Shown here piece after piece: positions 1 to 9,630 of a stretch of 64,000 nucleotides of DNA. The stretch's first letter is position 1, and each line of letters opens with the position of its first letter. Made by a program: the position numbers and the translations under genes. Under the pieces are notes generated by a model. That model worked only from the letters and a program-made list of their open reading frames with translations, had not been told where the DNA came from and made no database searches. This stretch comes from Archaeoglobus sp. JdFR-37 (lineage in GTDB: Archaea > Halobacteriota > Archaeoglobi > Archaeoglobales > Archaeoglobaceae), in assembly GCA_002010215.1 (NCBI GenBank), contig MTMY01000004.1, positions 62,001 to 126,000 of the forward strand, given 5' to 3'.

Positions 1-146
1 TATTTTTATCTTTTGGTTGACTTTTTCTTAAGGTTCTTGAGGGGGTTTTGTTTGTCATTTTTGTGACTTTAGATGTTCGGCTTACATCTTTGCTCTTCCC
101 AACCAGCCCTTCTTCTTGATAAACCTTTGGAAACCTCCTTATCCTA

Positions 147-1091
147 TCACCTGACTCTTTCAAACCTCACAACGTCATTCACGTCATTCAGTACTGATCT
201 CACATATCCCTTCCCTTCAAGATACTTGAGACACGCCAGCGTCTCACTTAAAGCCAGCAGTTTGTCCCACTGGTTTAATTTCTCGAAACTCTTCCCGTTC
301 CACCTTATTCTGCTGGCAATATCCACCAAATTCCCTTCACTCTCTGTCAATTCAAGAACCTCGTTTATTCTGCTCTCGTAATGATTCAAAAGCTGTTCAA
401 TTCTTCTCTCGGGATTTTTAATCACATTCTCGTGAGCAGGATAGGCTACATCTACCTCCAGCCCCAGAACCTTTTTTAGGCTTTGAAGGTGAGATGCCAG
501 GGGATTTGCCTCATAACCCGGATAAAAGCCGACATGGGTTGTTGTCTCGCTGAGAATCAGGTCTCCTGAAAAAAGAACCTTTTCTTCTGGCAGATAGTAG
601 CAGCAGTGGCCGGGAGAGTGGCCCGGGGTGTGGATGCAGAGCATCCCCGATATTTCCTGCAGATCTCCCACGTATTTGAGATTCATCTTGCCCCCTATTC
701 TCTCTCCAAACCCCCTCAGCTCACTGAACATTTCCATGAACTGATGGATGAAATGCTTGGGAATACCGAACCTCTCAGTCCAGGCTTTATAGATGTCAGC
801 GAAAAGGTCGGAGATGTAGAGCTTTAGAAAGGGCTCTTCAAGGGGATGAAGATATGACTCAATTCCACTGAAAGCAGCACCCACGTGGTCAATGTGATGA
901 TGAGTCAGAAGGATACGCCTGGGTCTGAGTTCGAGCACCTCCTTAATGTGGTGCGGGCTGCAGAAGCCAGCATCAATTGCTGTATTTCCGGAATCTTTAT
1001 CGACAACCAGATAAATGTTAATCTTATCTGCCTGTGCAATCGGAACTTCAAATGAAAAAGATTCGATATGCATATCCCGGTTCTCTCTCAC
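147..1091 (-). CDS. MBL-fold metallo-hydrolase with C-terminal winged-helix-like tail
   Basis: THHHIDHVG (HxHxDH), HTPGHSPGH, FSGD and PAH motifs. Confidence 0.9.
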   Translation of the reverse strand: MRENRDMHIESFSFEVPIAQADKINIYLVVDKDSGNTAIDAGFCSPHHIKEVLELRPRRILLTHHHIDHVGAAFSGIESYLHPLEEPFLKLYISDLFADIYKAWTERFGIPKHFIHQFMEMFSELRGFGERIGGKMNLKYVGDLQEISGMLCIHTPGHSPGHCCYYLPEEKVLFSGDLILSETTTHVGFYPGYEANPLASHLQSLKKVLGLEVDVAYPAHENVIKNPERRIEQLLNHYESRINEVLELTESEGNLVDIASRIRWNGKSFEKLNQWDKLLALSETLACLKYLEGKGYVRSVLNDVNDVVRFERVR

Positions 1092-1147
1092 CTCTGCTTA
1101 AAAAGTTTCTTGACTTGGCTTCACGCTTAACTACACTTAACGACCGC

Positions 1148-1717
1148 TCAACGACATTTTAAAAACAGCTTGACCAAAAACTTATTAACTTCATAAAGTG
1201 GAGTGCCATAAATTTCCTCTATCCTTGCAACACTCCTACCGCATCCAGAGAATGGGCTTATTATCCCGGCACCCTTCAGCTCTGCAATAATAACCCCGCC
1301 ATCTTTTCCATAATCCTCAGAAATAGCAGTTATTTCGCTTCCTGAAATAAAATATCCTTTTCTGCTCTCAACAACCCTCTTTACAATTTCAAGCATCGTT
1401 TCGCTATCTTCACCTATCCTATCATAATACTTTTTCACGGCATCCTCCCAGCTTGCTTTTCCGTTCCTGAGCTCCGAAAAGAAAATTCTCAGGAAATACG
1501 GGATTTCAAGAGAGCCAAGAGCTACCACCCTCATACCCCACGCCAAGGAATCTTTTTGAGACTCAATGGGAAAGGCCAACCTTTCACCCTCAAGAAGTAG
1601 AAGAAGTTCTTCATCCAACTCATCTAGAGATATTATACCGCCGGAGTGCTTAATCAGAAGCTCCAGTCCCTTATAAGCGTAATAATCCCCGCCTAAAAGC
1701 TCCGCAATATCCTTCAA
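1148..1717 (-). CDS. Conserved hypothetical protein
   Basis: Long ORF; likely TTG start at 1717 overlapping the ferredoxin stop (TTGA). Confidence 0.75.
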   Translation of the reverse strand: MKDIAELLGGDYYAYKGLELLIKHSGGIISLDELDEELLLLLEGERLAFPIESQKDSLAWGMRVVALGSLEIPYFLRIFFSELRNGKASWEDAVKKYYDRIGEDSETMLEIVKRVVESRKGYFISGSEITAISEDYGKDGGVIIAELKGAGIISPFSGCGRSVARIEEIYGTPLYEVNKFLVKLFLKCR

Positions 1718-1902
1718 TCCATAATAACAAGGGCTCCGTAAGGACATGCTTCCACGCATTTCCGGCAGCCTTCATCTCCGTACTCCCTGCACTTCCCCTC
1801 ATCTATCTTCACAACCTTGCCCCCATTCCGTAGTATGGCATCTGCTGGACATACTTGGCTGCATCTCCCGCATCCCTGGCAGCTCAGTACAGCTATAGCC
1901 AC
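1714..1902 (-). CDS. 2x[4Fe-4S] ferredoxin
   Basis: CQGCGRCSQVCP and C-x7-CRKCVEACP motifs; GTG start at 1902 overlapping the upstream gene end. Confidence 0.9.
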   Translation of the reverse strand: MAIAVLSCQGCGRCSQVCPADAILRNGGKVVKIDEGKCREYGDEGCRKCVEACPYGALVIMD

Positions 1903-2267
1903 ACTTCCACCCCCTTTCTGGAGAATTCCCTTATTGTTTCCTTTATCCTCCGATACCACACCTCAAGCATTCTCTCCATGTCTTCAGCCACAGCATCAGG
2001 AGGTATGGGGCGATATATGTAGTAATAACCGCCGCTACCAAGGACTCTCTTTTCTCTGGTTGCAACACCGCTCACAACCAGCTTTTGCAGTGATTTGTAA
2101 ACCGCATTCTCACCCCTGTTTACCTCACTGCTTATCTCTTCAATCCTCGCCTCCTTTTTTCTGAGCAGAGTGCTGTAGATAGCTATATCTACTTCATTGA
2201 GTCCGTAAAAACATTCAAGGATGTTCTCACACGAGAGATTCGAAATCATTTCCCTTATCCCTTTCAT
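1893..2267 (-). CDS. HTH transcriptional regulator (TrmB-like N-terminal wHTH) with N-terminal Cys pair
   Basis: GLNEVDIAIYSTLL...IEEISSEVNRGENAVYKSLQKLV HTH; GGYYYIYRP wing; CENILEC. Confidence 0.85.
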   Translation of the reverse strand: MKGIREMISNLSCENILECFYGLNEVDIAIYSTLLRKKEARIEEISSEVNRGENAVYKSLQKLVVSGVATREKRVLGSGGYYYIYRPIPPDAVAEDMERMLEVWYRRIKETIREFSRKGVEVWL

Positions 2268-3040
2268 TTTATCACCTGCTCACCTATTACCTTCTCTTTT
2301 CTTCCTCCACCCTCTAACACAACCCTTTTCTCACCGGTAAGGACGACCCTCTCCGCAAAATTTACGGCGATGTCTGCTAGCTTTATCAGATACTCGAAGT
2401 CGGGCTTTTTAATTTTGAATTCACTGAATTCCCCAGATTCTCTATCCCACTTCGGGTTTGAGAGGAATTGATACAGCATTATCTCATTCACTTTCCCAAC
2501 TCTTTCAAGAGCTTTTTCAAGACTCTGCTTGGTGACAAATCCCGGAATAACTCGTATCCAGAGTTTTATTTTCTTTTCTCTCTTTCTGGCAATTTCAATG
2601 CTCTTGAGCAGATTTCCAGCATATTTTGCTGCTCTTTCCCGATCCAGTCCAGTGAGTTTTGATAGATTATCAGTATCATCGAATTCCGCTTTAAGCTCAA
2701 AAACGAATTTTGAAACAAATTGCAAAAGTTCTTCGATAACGTCAGGAAGCATTCCGTCTGTTTTGAGAGTTATGCTCTTTCCATTATGGTACAGTTTTTC
2801 AAGGAGCTGTTTCAGTTCCTTTTTCTGAACTGTAGGCTCTGCTCCACCTATGTAGACACTTTCACATTCACCTAACTTTTCCACAATTTCGTCCACGCTT
2901 AAATCTCTATGTTCTTGAAATAAATGAACACAATAGGGGCAGCGGAGGTTGCAGAAAGCCACCTCAACCCTGCACCGCCCCACTTTTATGACCTTCATTG
3001 CCTCAATGCCTAATCTCCTGATTGCTTCACTGTACCTCAC
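2264..3040 (-). CDS. Radical SAM protein (PflA/NrdG activating-enzyme-like)
   Basis: CNLRCPYC (CxxxCxxC), GGAEPT, KTDG. Confidence 0.85.
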   Translation of the reverse strand: MRYSEAIRRLGIEAMKVIKVGRCRVEVAFCNLRCPYCVHLFQEHRDLSVDEIVEKLGECESVYIGGAEPTVQKKELKQLLEKLYHNGKSITLKTDGMLPDVIEELLQFVSKFVFELKAEFDDTDNLSKLTGLDRERAAKYAGNLLKSIEIARKREKKIKLWIRVIPGFVTKQSLEKALERVGKVNEIMLYQFLSNPKWDRESGEFSEFKIKKPDFEYLIKLADIAVNFAERVVLTGEKRVVLEGGGRKEKVIGEQVIK

Positions 3041-3366
3041 TGCACTGCAACGATTTTTTCAAGAGCCTTTTCAATCTCTTTCCTGACAACGCTTTCCGGC
3101 ATTGCTCCTATGAAACTTCCCACCACTTCACCCTTATAGAAGATCAGCACCGTGGGAATGCTGAATATTGCGAAATCCATGGCTATCTGGGGGTTCTCGT
3201 CTGTATTGAGCTTTGCAAATTCCACATTGCTGAACTCCTTTTCAAGCTTTTCAAGCACTGGCTGTAACAACCTGCATGGCATGCACCAGTCAGCATAGAA
3301 GTCTACCACTACCAGCTTATCCTTGTTTATCTCCTGATGGAAATTTTCCTGGTTAAGCACCTTCAC
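3037..3366 (-). CDS. trxA: Thioredoxin
   Basis: VVDFYADWCMPC active site, IPT cis-Pro motif. Confidence 0.95.
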   Translation of the reverse strand: MKVLNQENFHQEINKDKLVVVDFYADWCMPCRLLQPVLEKLEKEFSNVEFAKLNTDENPQIAMDFAIFSIPTVLIFYKGEVVGSFIGAMPESVVRKEIEKALEKIVAVQ

Positions 3367-3401
3367 TCATCTCACCTCCTTTAATTTTCTCTTCTCTCTT
3401 C

Positions 3402-3665
3402 TCAGTTTTCCCTAAACATCGAAACTACATTTCTCAACTCAGCCAGAGTTGGAACGCCGAGCATGACATATCTGTCATTCACTATTATGGCCGGCACTCC
3501 GCTTATTCCGAATCTTCTGGCTTCTCTCAACCCTTCCTCTGTCGCAACGCTCAGCTCCATCGCCAGAACATCTTTCTCTTCCTCTACAAACCTCCTCACA
3601 ACTTCACTTGCCATGGGACAGTACGGGCAGGTTGGAGAGGTCAGCAACTTGAGCATCACCACCAT
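3402..3665 (-). CDS. Thioredoxin/glutaredoxin-like protein
   Basis: TSPTCPYCP, GVPAIIVN; start probably 3665 or 3656 rather than 3698. Confidence 0.88.
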   Translation of the reverse strand: MVVMLKLLTSPTCPYCPMASEVVRRFVEEEKDVLAMELSVATEEGLREARRFGISGVPAIIVNDRYVMLGVPTLAELRNVVSMFREN

Positions 3666-3748
3666 ATCCACCACCAGATATTCCTGATACCTCAACATAT
3701 AAAAGCCTACATCGGTTTTTCCAAAAACGGTAAAAACCGTTCAACAAC

Positions 3749-4159
3749 TTAACCCTTTTCAACAATGCACCCAAGTTCCTCAAGTTTTCTTATCGCCTTG
3801 AGAACATCCTTTTCTTTAACAAGGATGTGATCGGTGGAATAAGAAGAAATCACAAAAATGCTGATTCCCTCTTCCGCAAGAGCTCCAGAAACTCTAGCAA
3901 GAAATCCCACCAATTCGAAGGGTAAAATGGTATCAAAGGTTAGAATTCTCCAGTTTCTTTCAACCTCTATAATGTCCTCTTCATTAATTTCGGATTGAAT
4001 TATGGATTGATCAATGACAACAGTGATTTCTCTTCCATCCTGGATGACTGCAAAGGCATTTGATGGACTTCTTTTGGATTTTACAATGGCAAAACTTTCT
4101 TTCCGAACATGGACTTTACAATTCTTGAGGAAGTTTTCCGGCAACATTGATTTTACCAT
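3749..4159 (-). CDS. ACT-domain protein
   Basis: LPFELVGFLARVSGALAEEGISIFVISSYSTDHILVK, typical of tandem ACT-like proteins. Confidence 0.85.
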   Translation of the reverse strand: MVKSMLPENFLKNCKVHVRKESFAIVKSKRSPSNAFAVIQDGREITVVIDQSIIQSEINEEDIIEVERNWRILTFDTILPFELVGFLARVSGALAEEGISIFVISSYSTDHILVKEKDVLKAIRKLEELGCIVEKG

Positions 4160-4184
4160 TTAATCCATAATAATTTAATAAAGT

Positions 4185-5249
4185 TTATGAGTAAATGGTC
4201 AAAATATCTCCATCTTCCAGAATGTGCTCCAAGCCCACTCGCTGCCCCCCAAACCTGACGCTTTTGCCCCACACCTTCGCATATCTGAAGTTCTCTAGCA
4301 TGTCACGATGCAGTTTCTTACAAACATCCTCCACCCTTGCCCCTCTACGCATTATCAGTGGTTCATCCATATCCGGTTTCCCGCCGGGAGGTTTGAGGTA
4401 TATACGGATGAATTCAAGCTTTTCATAGATTTTTTCCACCAGAAGATCCAGATTTATCTTCTTTTCAGCTGACACAGGTATTGTAGTGTCCGGAATTTCC
4501 ACTTCTGGCATCAAATCTATTTTGTTTACCACAGTGAGAGAAGGGATGTAGACCCTGTTCCCCATAATGGCATCGATCAGCCGGTCTATGGTTATGTCCT
4601 CCCTCAAGAGGACATCGGCATTGTGGATTCTGTACTCTCTCAAAACTTCCATGATTGTAGCCTCATCTATGCTGAGTGGGACGGTAGATGTTATTTTGAT
4701 TCCACCCCTGTCTTTCTTCTTGATGATGACTTCCGGAGGTTTCTCGTTTAGCCTTATACCACCCTCATAAAGCTCTTTCTTCAGAATATCTATGTGGTGA
4801 AAGTTGAAAACATCTGTAACGATCACAATCATGTCAGCGGTTCTTATCGCCGAGATAATCTCCCTACCCCTTCCTCTGCCTCTTGCCGCCCCCTCTATGA
4901 GTCCAGGCACGTCAACAATCTGTATCTTTGCCCCTTTATATTCCAGCATGCCCGGAATGGGTTTGAGGGTTGTGAAATTGTAGTCCGCCACCTCGCTTTT
5001 TGCTCCAGTCAGAGCGTTGAGAAGTGTTGACTTTCCAACTGAAGGATAGCCCACCAAGACAACTGTTGCGTCTCCTTCTTTCTTGATGGAGAAGACCGCC
5101 CCACTCTTCTTCTTCCTCTGCTTTTCAGCCTCCTCCCTGAGTCTAGCAAGTTTCGCTTTCAGCCTGCCAATGTGGTGCTCAGTAGCCTTATTGTAAGGAG
5201 TTCGCTTAATCTCTTCCTCCAGCTGCTTTATCTGCTCCGCAATGTCCAT
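4185..5249 (-). CDS. DRG/Rbg1-family GTPase with TGS domain
   Basis: NKATEHHIGRLKAKLA, GYPSVGKST, DVPG, NKID, C-terminal GQRVGLEH..EDGD. Confidence 0.95.
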   Translation of the reverse strand: MDIAEQIKQLEEEIKRTPYNKATEHHIGRLKAKLARLREEAEKQRKKKSGAVFSIKKEGDATVVLVGYPSVGKSTLLNALTGAKSEVADYNFTTLKPIPGMLEYKGAKIQIVDVPGLIEGAARGRGRGREIISAIRTADMIVIVTDVFNFHHIDILKKELYEGGIRLNEKPPEVIIKKKDRGGIKITSTVPLSIDEATIMEVLREYRIHNADVLLREDITIDRLIDAIMGNRVYIPSLTVVNKIDLMPEVEIPDTTIPVSAEKKINLDLLVEKIYEKLEFIRIYLKPPGGKPDMDEPLIMRRGARVEDVCKKLHRDMLENFRYAKVWGKSVRFGGQRVGLEHILEDGDILTIYS

Positions 5250-5359
5250 CCTGGCTGAAGAAAGCTGGAAGAATAAAAAATGTTTTCTGTTTCAGGATGT
5301 GATGAGTTGGTGAATGTTAAATAATCGAATCGCTGAACTTGAGCTTGAATCCCAGAACG

Positions 5360-6289
5360 TTAGACCTCTCCAAACTCTTTAAGCTCATCCTCCTTGGGCA
5401 AACCGGCTCTGGCTCCGACTTTCTTGATGTTCATAGCAGCCACCAGATTGCCGAGCTTGCCGCACTCCTCCAGGCTTTTCCCTTTCAGATAACCATATAG
5501 GAAACCTGCATTAAATGCATCTCCGGCGCCGGTGCTGTCAACCGCCTCTACACTGTATGCGGGAACCGTGTACTCCTTCTTTCCGTCAAAGATGTAACAT
5601 CCCTCTTCACCAAGCTTAATCACCACAACATCCACCCCCATAGTCACAAGCTCATGGGCAGATGTAATGTAATCCATCCCCGTAAGAAGCTCTATCTCCC
5701 TTCTGTTTGGCAGAAAAACCGTTGTATTCTTAAGGATGTCTTTGAGGTCGCCCATACCCCTCTCAACATATATCATGCCTGGGTCAAAACTTACCTGAAT
5801 ATCCAGCTCGTTTACAAGCTTTTTCTGGCTGATAAAGGAATCCTCACCATTCTTACATATGAAGGAAGTTAGATGCATCAGTCTGAAACGTGATACGTAA
5901 TCCACATCGATCTCCTCATACCTGATGGTGTCATTAACACCTGGATCAACCAAGATGGCTCTGTTCCCATCCCTGTCAACAAAAATCATGGCTGTTCCAC
6001 TTCTACCTTCAGCCCTTATGATGGTCTTAGTATCCACACCTTCGTTGATGAAGTCTTTGAGCAGAAAATCGCCATCAGAATCGCTGCCTACTTTGCCGAT
6101 GTACGACGCTTTCAAACCCAGCCTCGAAAGGCCGACGATTGTGTTGGCTGCACTGCCGCCAGGATGGAACTCAACTGAGAGAACGAACCCCTCTTCATCT
6201 TTACCCGGAATCTTATCCACCATGTATATCTTATCAAGATTTATGGCCCCAAAACCTATTACATCAAATTCATCCGCCATTCCTACCAT
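5360..6289 (-). CDS. PfkB-family carbohydrate/nucleoside kinase
   Basis: GGSAANT, DSTGAGDAF signatures. Confidence 0.93.
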   Translation of the reverse strand: MVGMADEFDVIGFGAINLDKIYMVDKIPGKDEEGFVLSVEFHPGGSAANTIVGLSRLGLKASYIGKVGSDSDGDFLLKDFINEGVDTKTIIRAEGRSGTAMIFVDRDGNRAILVDPGVNDTIRYEEIDVDYVSRFRLMHLTSFICKNGEDSFISQKKLVNELDIQVSFDPGMIYVERGMGDLKDILKNTTVFLPNRREIELLTGMDYITSAHELVTMGVDVVVIKLGEEGCYIFDGKKEYTVPAYSVEAVDSTGAGDAFNAGFLYGYLKGKSLEECGKLGNLVAAMNIKKVGARAGLPKEDELKEFGEV

Positions 6290-6302
6290 ATTACCACCTA
6301 TA

Positions 6303-7343
6303 TTACCCCAAAGTGCCTGCTTCTCCCCTCACCTTCCTCCTCATCTCCTCAGATTTGATGCAGATATCCTGCCAGTGGATGTCCTCATAAATGTCCTCAT
6401 ACCAGTAAAATTCCGCTCTTCCAGCCACTTTTTCAGTCAGTTCATCAGGCTCATCAAGCTTACCCTGCAACCTGGCAAGCTCCACAACAGCGTCTCGTCC
6501 CTGTTTGAAGAATAAATCCACCACCGTTGCCTCCGCCCAGGCTGTTTCTGAGATTATGAAAAGGTTGGAGTGCTCTAACGCATACTCATTCCCGTTGAAG
6601 GATGCAGCAATCCCTCCCATGTCTTTGACCCACTGGAGCATGGCATAATCCGATATGCTGTCCCCGATGACAATAAGTTTGTCTGCAGAAATTCTGTGCT
6701 TGAAAGCATACTTTTTGACAATTTCAAGCTTTCTTTTCCCCCCAATGGCTCTCACGTCATTCAGAACTGCTCCAGAGCACCTTTTAGGCATCTCCTCCCA
6801 GAAGAGCCTGTCCAGATATTCCACAGCTTCCCTGGCATCATCCGATATCATTGAATTTTCGATTTCTATCTGTGGGAGTGATGCTATGATATCCACCTGA
6901 TCCAGCAACCATTTACGCTCCCCCCTATCCATTGAGTATTTCTCAGGGTCGAAGGTGGTGCCATGCAGATGCTCCGATATGCCCAGCATCCCGGCAGTCC
7001 TCTCAAGATAAGCTGAATAGCTTGTGGAGATGACGACAGGAGTGTAACGTTTCAGCAGCCACTGCATCGCTTCAAAAGCATCGGGAACGAAGGTGGCAAT
7101 CTTCTCGCTCAGCTGGTACAGCTCTTCCGTTGTCACTTCTGCAGCAACTAGGAAGGGTGCCAGCAATCTGAGCGTATCGCCAGCTTCATAATCCTCCTTT
7201 TTGACAACATACGCTAGATAATCGTCGTACTGACTGAGCCTCCTGAAGAACTCATAATTGTTCAGAAAGGCTAGAGCAGCTTCATAGGCGAAATCTGTGG
7301 TTATCCACGGCCCTTCCCAGTCTGTAAAGAAAATATCCTTCAC
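6303..7343 (-). CDS. Archaeal HAD-superfamily hydrolase-like protein
   Basis: TDWEGP motif I variant, ISTSY motif II, GDSISD motif IV. Confidence 0.8.
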   Translation of the reverse strand: MKDIFFTDWEGPWITTDFAYEAALAFLNNYEFFRRLSQYDDYLAYVVKKEDYEAGDTLRLLAPFLVAAEVTTEELYQLSEKIATFVPDAFEAMQWLLKRYTPVVISTSYSAYLERTAGMLGISEHLHGTTFDPEKYSMDRGERKWLLDQVDIIASLPQIEIENSMISDDAREAVEYLDRLFWEEMPKRCSGAVLNDVRAIGGKRKLEIVKKYAFKHRISADKLIVIGDSISDYAMLQWVKDMGGIAASFNGNEYALEHSNLFIISETAWAEATVVDLFFKQGRDAVVELARLQGKLDEPDELTEKVAGRAEFYWYEDIYEDIHWQDICIKSEEMRRKVRGEAGTLG

Positions 7344-7487
7344 ATTGCATTGGCTGCAGAAGATGGTTAAAAATTTTTGGAAGCCTTAGTTGTGCTCTTG
7401 AGATTAAGTCTAATCCACATTTAAATAATTCTTAGCCAGAACCTGAACACCGATAAATGCTATTTAGGATTATGCGAATCCTCTTAC

Positions 7488-8387
7488 GTGAATCTGCTAA
7501 AACCATACGGCGAAATTGACGTGCTGAACCTCTACAGCAAAATTGCCCCATATCTAATGGACTTTCTCAAAGGAAGAGAGATTGCCAGTAAAACGTGGAT
7601 TCCCAAGTCAAAAATTCCATACTTCCTAAACAGAGCTGGTAAGCTGGGAGAGCTGTGGATTGAAGATTTCCAGCAAATCAATGAAGAATTTTTGAGGTTA
7701 AGAGTAAAGCATCACCTCAGCGAGGTCAGAAACATGTTGAGCGAGAGGCAGATATTGCTGTGGAGATACTTCGTGCCCAGGAAATACTCTGAGTTCTTTT
7801 ACGCCACCAACGGAGAGGGAGAGGGAAAGCCAATTGGCAGAATATTCATTGACATAGACCGCACCAATCTTTCCGCCGAGAAGTCACTGGAAGTGGTAAG
7901 GCTTCTTCTGGAAATGATGGAAACCCAGAAAGAAGAGGACGATGAGTTCCACGAGCTCGTGAAATCGGTTGCAGTTTACTGGACAGGTTCCAGCTTCCAC
8001 ATCTATCTCTTTCTCACTTCACCGCAGCCTCCCGAATTTTATGCTGAGAAAGTCCAGTTTCACAGCAGAGGTGTTCTTTTCAAATCCTGGACAGACCTGT
8101 GGGTGGAAAGAGTCAAAAATAAGGTGGATTTTAAAGTTTCAGGTGGGCATGAGAAGAAAAAGGATCACATAGTAATCGACCCATCTCAGACTCCAAGCGG
8201 GAAGCTTGCCCGGGTGCCTTTGGGCTGCCTCCACATCAGGAATTTCGAGCCAGACGGCGTAAGTCTGCCCCTCAGCGAAGGAATGCTATACGAAGATGGA
8301 ATAGTTGAGTGGCTAAAGAGTGTGACGCCCGAGTACGTTGTAAAACATGCTAGGAAGCTTGCCAAGCATTTGTGGAGTTATATATGA
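7488..8387 (+). CDS. Archaeo-eukaryotic primase-polymerase, LigD Pol-domain-like
   Basis: IFIDID (motif I), WTGSSFHIY (motif II), VIDPSQ..GKLARVP (motif III); N-terminal LYSKIAPYLMDFLKGREI resembles the LigD Pol N-terminus. Confidence 0.7.
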   Translation: MNLLKPYGEIDVLNLYSKIAPYLMDFLKGREIASKTWIPKSKIPYFLNRAGKLGELWIEDFQQINEEFLRLRVKHHLSEVRNMLSERQILLWRYFVPRKYSEFFYATNGEGEGKPIGRIFIDIDRTNLSAEKSLEVVRLLLEMMETQKEEDDEFHELVKSVAVYWTGSSFHIYLFLTSPQPPEFYAEKVQFHSRGVLFKSWTDLWVERVKNKVDFKVSGGHEKKKDHIVIDPSQTPSGKLARVPLGCLHIRNFEPDGVSLPLSEGMLYEDGIVEWLKSVTPEYVVKHARKLAKHLWSYI

Positions 8388-8609
8388 AGGTTTCTTAATA
8401 TCAAAGTTATAGAGTTCTAAACTGGGCTTAAAGTCTCAGTCTTACAATATCTCGCTCTATATGGTGCCAAACCCCCCAAAATCCTACAACACCTTTTCCC
8501 TGCCAAAACAAAAGAATCAAATAACATCTCTTCTAATCCCATTCATGGAAAGATACGGATTCATCATGCTGCTTTTATCCATTTTAATATCTCTGAGTCT
8601 GCTGAAGGG

Positions 8610-9548
8610 GTGGATACCTTGAGCGGAAAACTGGAATTCGACGAGAACGATTCGGAGAAGACTGAGAAGAACAGTAGCGTTGAAAAGAGGCTTGAGGAAA
8701 TAAAATCTCATTTCGGAGACTTGATAACTGATGAAGCTGCAAAACTTCTGGCAGAATATTCTCTGGGGATTCTTCACGTGACAAAGGTCTGTGAGCTGAA
8801 AAACAGAAGGGGGAAGGTTCTTCTCGAAGGTGTTGTTGAGAGTCCGAAAGCGAGAGAGAAAGCTGGAAGCTTTATTTTAAAGGATGACAGCGGTGCTGTC
8901 AGAGTCGTGCTGTGGAATGATGCTGCTGAGCTGATAAAAACTGGTGATGTGGCTGCTGGCGACACCGTTAGGGTCAAGGGATTGGTGAAAGATGAAGAAG
9001 TTTTTATCAGAGATGCATCTGATGTGGAAGTGCTCAGCTTGGCAGGCCAAGAAGTTAAAGGTATCGTGCTTGCCTGTTCCAAGGCAGGAAGGCAGTACAA
9101 CGTGGCTTTTTACACCGATAAAATTGAAATTCTCGCCTCATCCTTCCCCATTCCTGAGCCTTTACCAGCCAGGGTTTCTGCGGTTGTAACAGATAAATTC
9201 ATCAGAAGTGTTAGCTCTGTGGAACCGGTAGAGTTTCAGTTCTCGTTCACTCCCATCAGGAAAGTCATCCCTCTTCACCCCTGCAACATTAGGGGCTTTG
9301 TAACGGGAATTGGCGAAGAGAGAGCAGTCAGGGGTGGAAAAAGTCTGGTTACCGAACTTGTGATGAGCGACGGAGAGGACAGTGTAAGGGCGGTTTTCTG
9401 GGATGATGCAGCAAGGCATGTCAGAAAGGTGGCACCTGGAGATGTGGTGGAGATCTACAACGGCTACGCAAAGATAGGGAGAGACGGAGAGATGGAGGTG
9501 AACGTGGGGTTCAGTTCAGCCATCAGAATAGTTAAGAATCTCTTTTGA
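8610..9548 (+). CDS. RPA-like OB-fold ssDNA-binding protein
   Basis: GDLITDEAA N-terminal motif; two OB signatures LKDDSGAVRVVLWND and MSDGEDSVRAVFWDD. Confidence 0.82.
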   Translation: MDTLSGKLEFDENDSEKTEKNSSVEKRLEEIKSHFGDLITDEAAKLLAEYSLGILHVTKVCELKNRRGKVLLEGVVESPKAREKAGSFILKDDSGAVRVVLWNDAAELIKTGDVAAGDTVRVKGLVKDEEVFIRDASDVEVLSLAGQEVKGIVLACSKAGRQYNVAFYTDKIEILASSFPIPEPLPARVSAVVTDKFIRSVSSVEPVEFQFSFTPIRKVIPLHPCNIRGFVTGIGEERAVRGGKSLVTELVMSDGEDSVRAVFWDDAARHVRKVAPGDVVEIYNGYAKIGRDGEMEVNVGFSSAIRIVKNLF

Positions 9549-9630
9549 CTTTTCCGGATTTTTCTGGATTTTCTAATTATCCTTTATCCCCAACCCGCGC
9601 CCCAAAACAATCCCCCAAACACCCCATCCA

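Noticed and set aside
5299..5336. Box C/D sRNA (GTGATGA ... CTGA)
   Set aside because: Too short and lacks internal D'/C' boxes.
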